The notes beneath the pieces were generated by a model, which worked only from the letters and a program-made list of their open reading frames with translations, made no database searches and had not been told where the DNA came from. Source: an uncultured delta proteobacterium (GTDB taxonomy: Bacteria; Desulfobacterota; Binatia; UBA9968). From it: a stretch of DNA of 64,000 nt. The stretch spans positions 128,001 to 192,000 of the forward strand of contig CAWFJP010000013.1 of assembly GCA_963816145.1 (NCBI GenBank). The letters are read 5' to 3'. Shown here piece by piece: positions 59,653 through 64,000 of the stretch. The position numbers were made by a program, and so were the translations under genes. Each line of letters starts with the position of its first letter. The stretch's first letter is position 1.

Positions 59653-60276
59653 ATGAAGCGTCTTTTGATGTTGATGCTCTTGGTTGGACTGTTAGGCAGT
59701 GAGGCTTTAGCTCAGGAGTCCGCCCCGGCACCTGTGTTTAAAGACGGCGATACCTGGCGAATCAATATTTCACGGATGGGCCAGGTCAGCAGTACGACGG
59801 ATCAAAACGAAGGTATCTATGAGCTGGTTTTCACCCAAGGCAAAGTAAAGGTGTTTGCGGTGGATGGCGATCAGAAAAAGGAGTTGGAAATCCAGCCGGA
59901 CAGCACCGCGGAGACATTGTTGGGCGTAGTCGGCAAGAGTGAGCGGCGTCCGGATCTCAAATTCCCGCTCACGATGGGAAAAAAATGGGATTATCAGTTC
60001 ATCAATAAACCAGCGGGTGCTCGTCAAGAGCAGCGCAGGGCGGTTGAAGTCGCCGTTGTCGGACAGGAGCAAATAACGGTGCCGGCCGGCTCATTCAAGG
60101 TATTTAAGCTGGTCAGAACCGAACAGTGGTCTGTTGGTCGGACTGGCGTAAACACCAGCACATCGACGTTCTATTATAGCCCGGAGACCAAGAGTATCGT
60201 TAAACGCATCACCGAGAGCTCCAACAATCCGGGTATCTTGACAAATGATCTGTTGAAATTCACGCCGGGAAGCTAG
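59653..60276 (+). CDS. Secreted beta-rich hypothetical protein
   Basis: Signal peptide; APAPVFKDGDTW, FPLTMGKKW, ITVPAGSFKVFK, YYSPE. Confidence 0.85.
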   Translation: MKRLLMLMLLVGLLGSEALAQESAPAPVFKDGDTWRINISRMGQVSSTTDQNEGIYELVFTQGKVKVFAVDGDQKKELEIQPDSTAETLLGVVGKSERRPDLKFPLTMGKKWDYQFINKPAGARQEQRRAVEVAVVGQEQITVPAGSFKVFKLVRTEQWSVGRTGVNTSTSTFYYSPETKSIVKRITESSNNPGILTNDLLKFTPGS

Positions 60277-60294
60277 AATCGAGAAAGGAAAAAA

Positions 60295-62631
60295 ATGATC
60301 TATAAACGCTGGTTACCTGGCCGACGAGTCACCAAGTTGATCGTGGCAGCGGCTCTATTAGTTTTAACCCCATACGGTTTGACCAGCGCCGCTTACGGCG
60401 CTTCGCCAATCATATCGAACGAAAGAGTTCAGCTTAGAACCCTGGCCGATGGAACCGTTGGCGTAGTTATCTCTGCTACGGTTGAGGACGCCGATGGGAT
60501 TGCCTCACTCAAGGTCGCCATCGAGCGGCCGGGCGTGTTTGGCCCTTTTCCCCTTCAGTCAGGCCTGTATCTTTCACCAGGTGACACCCCAACGCTGGAT
60601 GGCTTTAGCGTCACAATCGGTCCTGAGTTTATCCCCGCAGCACAAAGGGCGGGCAACTACCTCATAACTGTGAACGACGGCGTCACGACAGTTTCAACGA
60701 CGGTGACGCTGCCCGCCGGGCTTGTTGAACTTCCCGCGGGCGGGCCAACCGGTGTTGATACGAGCACGGGGCTACTCCGCCCTACCATCTCGATTCCTCC
60801 CATTCCTGGGGCGGCAAGCTATCGGATTTCGATCCAGAACGACTCCGATTCGACTATTCAGAGCTTCGATGGGGTGGCGGGTGCCGACCTATCGCCGGTA
60901 CCAAGCATACGGGTTGGAAGCAACATTCTCGAAGCGGGGAAATTTTACCGATTCAACATTGATGCATTTGACGCCTCGCAGGTCGCTCTGTCTGACCGCC
61001 GGAGCGAAAGCGCGGATATCTGTTACGATCCAGCCACCGGTAATACCAACATCCCCTGCATTGTTCAGAGGGACGTGCACCTTGTTACTCAAGTCGACGG
61101 CAGCGCAGTGATCCAGGCGCTTGGCGGTGTGCTGGACCGGGACGATCTGGAGTCTCTCAAGAACCCGTGCAAGTGGTTGACGGATCAAACCGGAACGAAT
61201 CTGTGCCTAACGATGCCCGCCCCTCCACCGCCTCCCTTTACCGTTACGCGTGGGGCATTCGGGCCGTTCGCGCTCACGGCGAGCCCGTTGATCACTTTGG
61301 ACCTTGATTCAGCGGTGAGAGATAATTTTACGAGCGCGCGAAACCCGCTCGATGCGACTGAAATTCCCGTGGACCAAAGGGCTGGGGATTATATTTTCAG
61401 GGCGCAAGACTCGACCGGTAACGTCGTTACCGCAACACGAGCATTCCCGGCAGGTCTAGTACCTATGCCCCCCGCCGGTCCTGTGACGATCGATACTTCA
61501 TCGGGGGTGTTCACTCCGACTGTAAGTATGCCACCCGTTCCAGGGGCGACGCATTACAGAGTGATCGTTTTCAACGACACGGATTCCTTTCGTATTAACT
61601 TCGACAACCTCCCGGGTGGCACATTATCCGAGTCACCCACGATGAAGTTGTTCGAAGGCGTCATCGAACCAAATAAGGCCTATCGAATTCACATGGACGC
61701 GTTCAACGCCGCGACCTTCCAAACAAGCACTGTACGCAGCCGCAGTGGATCTCAAGTCTATGACCCGTCCAACCTCGATGCCGACGGTGACGGCATTCAA
61801 AGCACCATCGACGGTCTGTTCGCGGGCGGGTTTGTCGATCAAAGCGCCGCTCCGTCAAGCAATTTTACAAATCAACATCTAGGGGGAACTGTTTCCGGTT
61901 CTATTATCGACCGCGCGGATTTAAAAGTCGTGGTCGTCGCTCCCACGGACCCTGCCAACGGGTTGAGACTAGGGGCCACCGGCGGCTCGGGAACCGCGAC
62001 GGTCAACGCTTGTTTGCCGACAGTCGATATAAGACTCCGGGACCGGTCGTCCGCAGCCATCGACTGCGGATCGCTCGAAGTCGACGTGCTCGAAGGGGTG
62101 GTCGAACTCCGACTGGGTAACGGCAGCGTTGTGACCGCACCCGCGGGCGCGGCATTGACGATCAACGAGCCGTCCCCTGGGCAATATTCCGTCGAAAATC
62201 TAGCGTTGAGTTTTGTTCCCGTGACGCTGACAGTTCAAGGAGTATCGATCCCGGTCAACCCCGGGACCGCTTCGGTATCGATCGTCGACGCGAAAATCGA
62301 AATCAGCCCCTTGCTGCCCAATATTATATTCCCAAAATTTAAACTACCCGTGTTTGTCGCCATTTTTTCCGGCATTGGTTTCAACGCGCCGGTAGAAGTC
62401 GATCAGTCCACTGTCACGTTCGGCAGGACTGGGTTGGAGGCCAAGTCAAAACAATGCTGGAAGTTGGACCTGAACCGAGATCGCAAGACCGATCTGCTGT
62501 GCGCTTTCGCTACTCAGGAAAGCGGCTTTCAGTCTGGCGACAAGGTTGGTCTACTCAGAGGTAAGACCTTTGCTGGCAAACTGATTCAGGGTAGTGATCG
62601 CGTTAAAATCATCTCGGGAATCAGAAAATAA
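60295..62631 (+). CDS. Large secreted protein with a tandem duplicated domain and Ca-binding-like DxDxDG motifs
   Basis: Signal peptide; two homologous units of about 220-240 aa; DADGDG; C-terminal DQSTVTFG...DLNRDRKTDL. Confidence 0.85.
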   Translation: MIYKRWLPGRRVTKLIVAAALLVLTPYGLTSAAYGASPIISNERVQLRTLADGTVGVVISATVEDADGIASLKVAIERPGVFGPFPLQSGLYLSPGDTPTLDGFSVTIGPEFIPAAQRAGNYLITVNDGVTTVSTTVTLPAGLVELPAGGPTGVDTSTGLLRPTISIPPIPGAASYRISIQNDSDSTIQSFDGVAGADLSPVPSIRVGSNILEAGKFYRFNIDAFDASQVALSDRRSESADICYDPATGNTNIPCIVQRDVHLVTQVDGSAVIQALGGVLDRDDLESLKNPCKWLTDQTGTNLCLTMPAPPPPPFTVTRGAFGPFALTASPLITLDLDSAVRDNFTSARNPLDATEIPVDQRAGDYIFRAQDSTGNVVTATRAFPAGLVPMPPAGPVTIDTSSGVFTPTVSMPPVPGATHYRVIVFNDTDSFRINFDNLPGGTLSESPTMKLFEGVIEPNKAYRIHMDAFNAATFQTSTVRSRSGSQVYDPSNLDADGDGIQSTIDGLFAGGFVDQSAAPSSNFTNQHLGGTVSGSIIDRADLKVVVVAPTDPANGLRLGATGGSGTATVNACLPTVDIRLRDRSSAAIDCGSLEVDVLEGVVELRLGNGSVVTAPAGAALTINEPSPGQYSVENLALSFVPVTLTVQGVSIPVNPGTASVSIVDAKIEISPLLPNIIFPKFKLPVFVAIFSGIGFNAPVEVDQSTVTFGRTGLEAKSKQCWKLDLNRDRKTDLLCAFATQESGFQSGDKVGLLRGKTFAGKLIQGSDRVKIISGIRK

Positions 62632-62903
62632 TCAAGCCTTTTGACCCTCGGATGCTCGGTGTCAGGGCTCTGGTTCGGAGTTCCTGGCACCGTGGGGTTT
62701 CTGTCCTGTGTTTAGGAATTGAGAAAGAAGTTGGTCGTTGCTCGACTCGCCATCGATCTTGTCACGAAGCGGCTCAATCTCCGTTTTTTTCGTTAGGCGT
62801 GGCGTATATCTCACAACAAGAGAATCCTGCCACCCTTAGGCCGTAAATCAGCGCGATTATGTGCTGCTCGGTTGCGCGACATCATAAAAGCGGCTCAGCT
62901 CGT

Positions 62904-62936
62904 GTAAGAAACCGCGACCACTCCCGTCTATTTTCC
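62904..62936 (+). promoter_or_regulatory. Putative ECF promoter, copy 2
   Basis: GTAAGA-N15-CGTCTATTTTCC. Confidence 0.55.
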
Positions 62937-63113
62937 CAAAGCGGCGATCTCATAGGGTCGTAGTGTGTTCAGAATCCGTGCGGGATCTTCCCGGATTCTT
63001 TGCGTAGCCGAGAATCTCGTCATGGCACGGACTGTCCATTGCGGAGTGAAGACTAGAGCCAGCTGGATGTGCGAAGTGATTTCCAAATAGGTTTGGTAAT
63101 AGAGGAAAGCTCC

Positions 63114-64000
63114 ATGAACAGAAAACAAAGTCCACTTCACATGTTACAGCCAGTCTTCAGTCTGCTGCTTGTTTTGTTCGCCGCCGGCACGGCGGCAGCG
63201 CAGACGATCGAGATCGTCAAGGACTTTATCGGCTACGGCACGCGGCCGCAGGCCCCGTTGATCCTCGGCAGCGATGGTTTCTTGTATGGGACGACGTATC
63301 AAGGCGGCGCGGGCGGAAGCTCTACCGGCAACGGCACGGTTTTCAAAGTTGCCACCGATGGGAGCGGCTATCAGATCATCAAGCATTTTCGGTGCACTGT
63401 TGGGGACGATGGCTGTTTGCCGCTGGCGGGACTAGTTCAATTGAGTGACGGGTTTCTGTACGGCACGACGAGCAGCAGTGCTGTCACCGGGGGCTCCAAC
63501 CCTGCGGGGACCATCTTTAAGGTGGCACCGGATGGCAGCGGTTATCAAGTTCTAAAAGCGTTTACTATTTCTGGATCAGATGGCAAAGAGCCGCGTGCAG
63601 GATTGATTCTCGGCACCGACGGATTTCTTTACGGAACCACGTACGCAGGCGGTGTGAACGGGGGCGGGACAGTTTTTAAGATTGCCCCAAATGGCGGGAT
63701 TTTTCAGGTCATCAAGGCCTTTCAATGTGGCAACAACGCCGGGAATGCCTGTAATCCTCAAGCCACGCTGCTGCAATTGAGCGACAATTTCTTGTATGGC
63801 ACGACCAATCTCGGCGGTGCGAACGATCAGGGCACGGTCTTTCGAATCTCGATGGATGGCAGCGTATTTGAAATCTTACATTCTTTCGAGTGTGGTAATC
63901 TGCCGGCCAACGGTTGCAACCCGCAGGCCGAGTTGACGCTACATACCGGCCTTCTGTACGGCACGACCAACCTCGGTGGCGCGAATAACCAAGGTACAAT
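63114..64000 (+). CDS. Secreted tandem-repeat beta-propeller-like protein (GloVer/TIGR03803-like repeats), runs off the window end
   Basis: Not in the ORF track; MNRKQSPLHMLQPVFSLLLVLFAAGTAAAQ signal, then repeats of LxxxxDGFLYGTTxxGG...GTVFK; RBS AGAGGA. Confidence 0.88.
   Translation, partial: MNRKQSPLHMLQPVFSLLLVLFAAGTAAAQTIEIVKDFIGYGTRPQAPLILGSDGFLYGTTYQGGAGGSSTGNGTVFKVATDGSGYQIIKHFRCTVGDDGCLPLAGLVQLSDGFLYGTTSSSAVTGGSNPAGTIFKVAPDGSGYQVLKAFTISGSDGKEPRAGLILGTDGFLYGTTYAGGVNGGGTVFKIAPNGGIFQVIKAFQCGNNAGNACNPQATLLQLSDNFLYGTTNLGGANDQGTVFRISMDGSVFEILHSFECGNLPANGCNPQAELTLHTGLLYGTTNLGGANNQGT

Overview
GC-rich bacterial chromosomal window with about 55 protein-coding genes and no rRNA, tRNA, CRISPR array, integrase or transposase that I can see. 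The gene mix (several NMT1/THI5-type binding proteins, tandem class III CoA-transferases, amidohydrolases, many short intergenic REP-like repeats) resembles Candidatus Binatia/Deltaproteobacteria-type genomes; this is an inference. Core genes: rnhA, selO, DAHP synthase, hemE-hemH-hemY, dinB, clpB, hisC, recD2 and a sugar ABC transporter. Most notable observations: (1) selO ends TTT-TGA-GGC-ACC-TGA (F-[UGA]-G-T-stop) with a SECIS-like hairpin 12 nt after the in-frame UGA, so it is a candidate bacterial selenocysteine form of SelO; (2) a putative sigma54/IHF-controlled operon encoding a 1441-aa coiled-coil protein with four 89-aa repeats plus two single-domain KaiC-like ATPases, without kaiA/kaiB; (3) an accessory region at 3.7-8.9 kb containing diverged relic copies of the 3' ends of an amidohydrolase and an AAA ATPase gene; (4) an ECF sigma factor followed by secreted proteins, with a repeated GTAAGA-N14/15-CGTCTA motif upstream of two of them; (5) an unannotated 53-aa basic ORF overlapping the clpB stop. 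Three single-base frameshifts (META protein, hemY, maleate isomerase-like gene) suggest consensus errors in the assembly, which is a caveat for (1).
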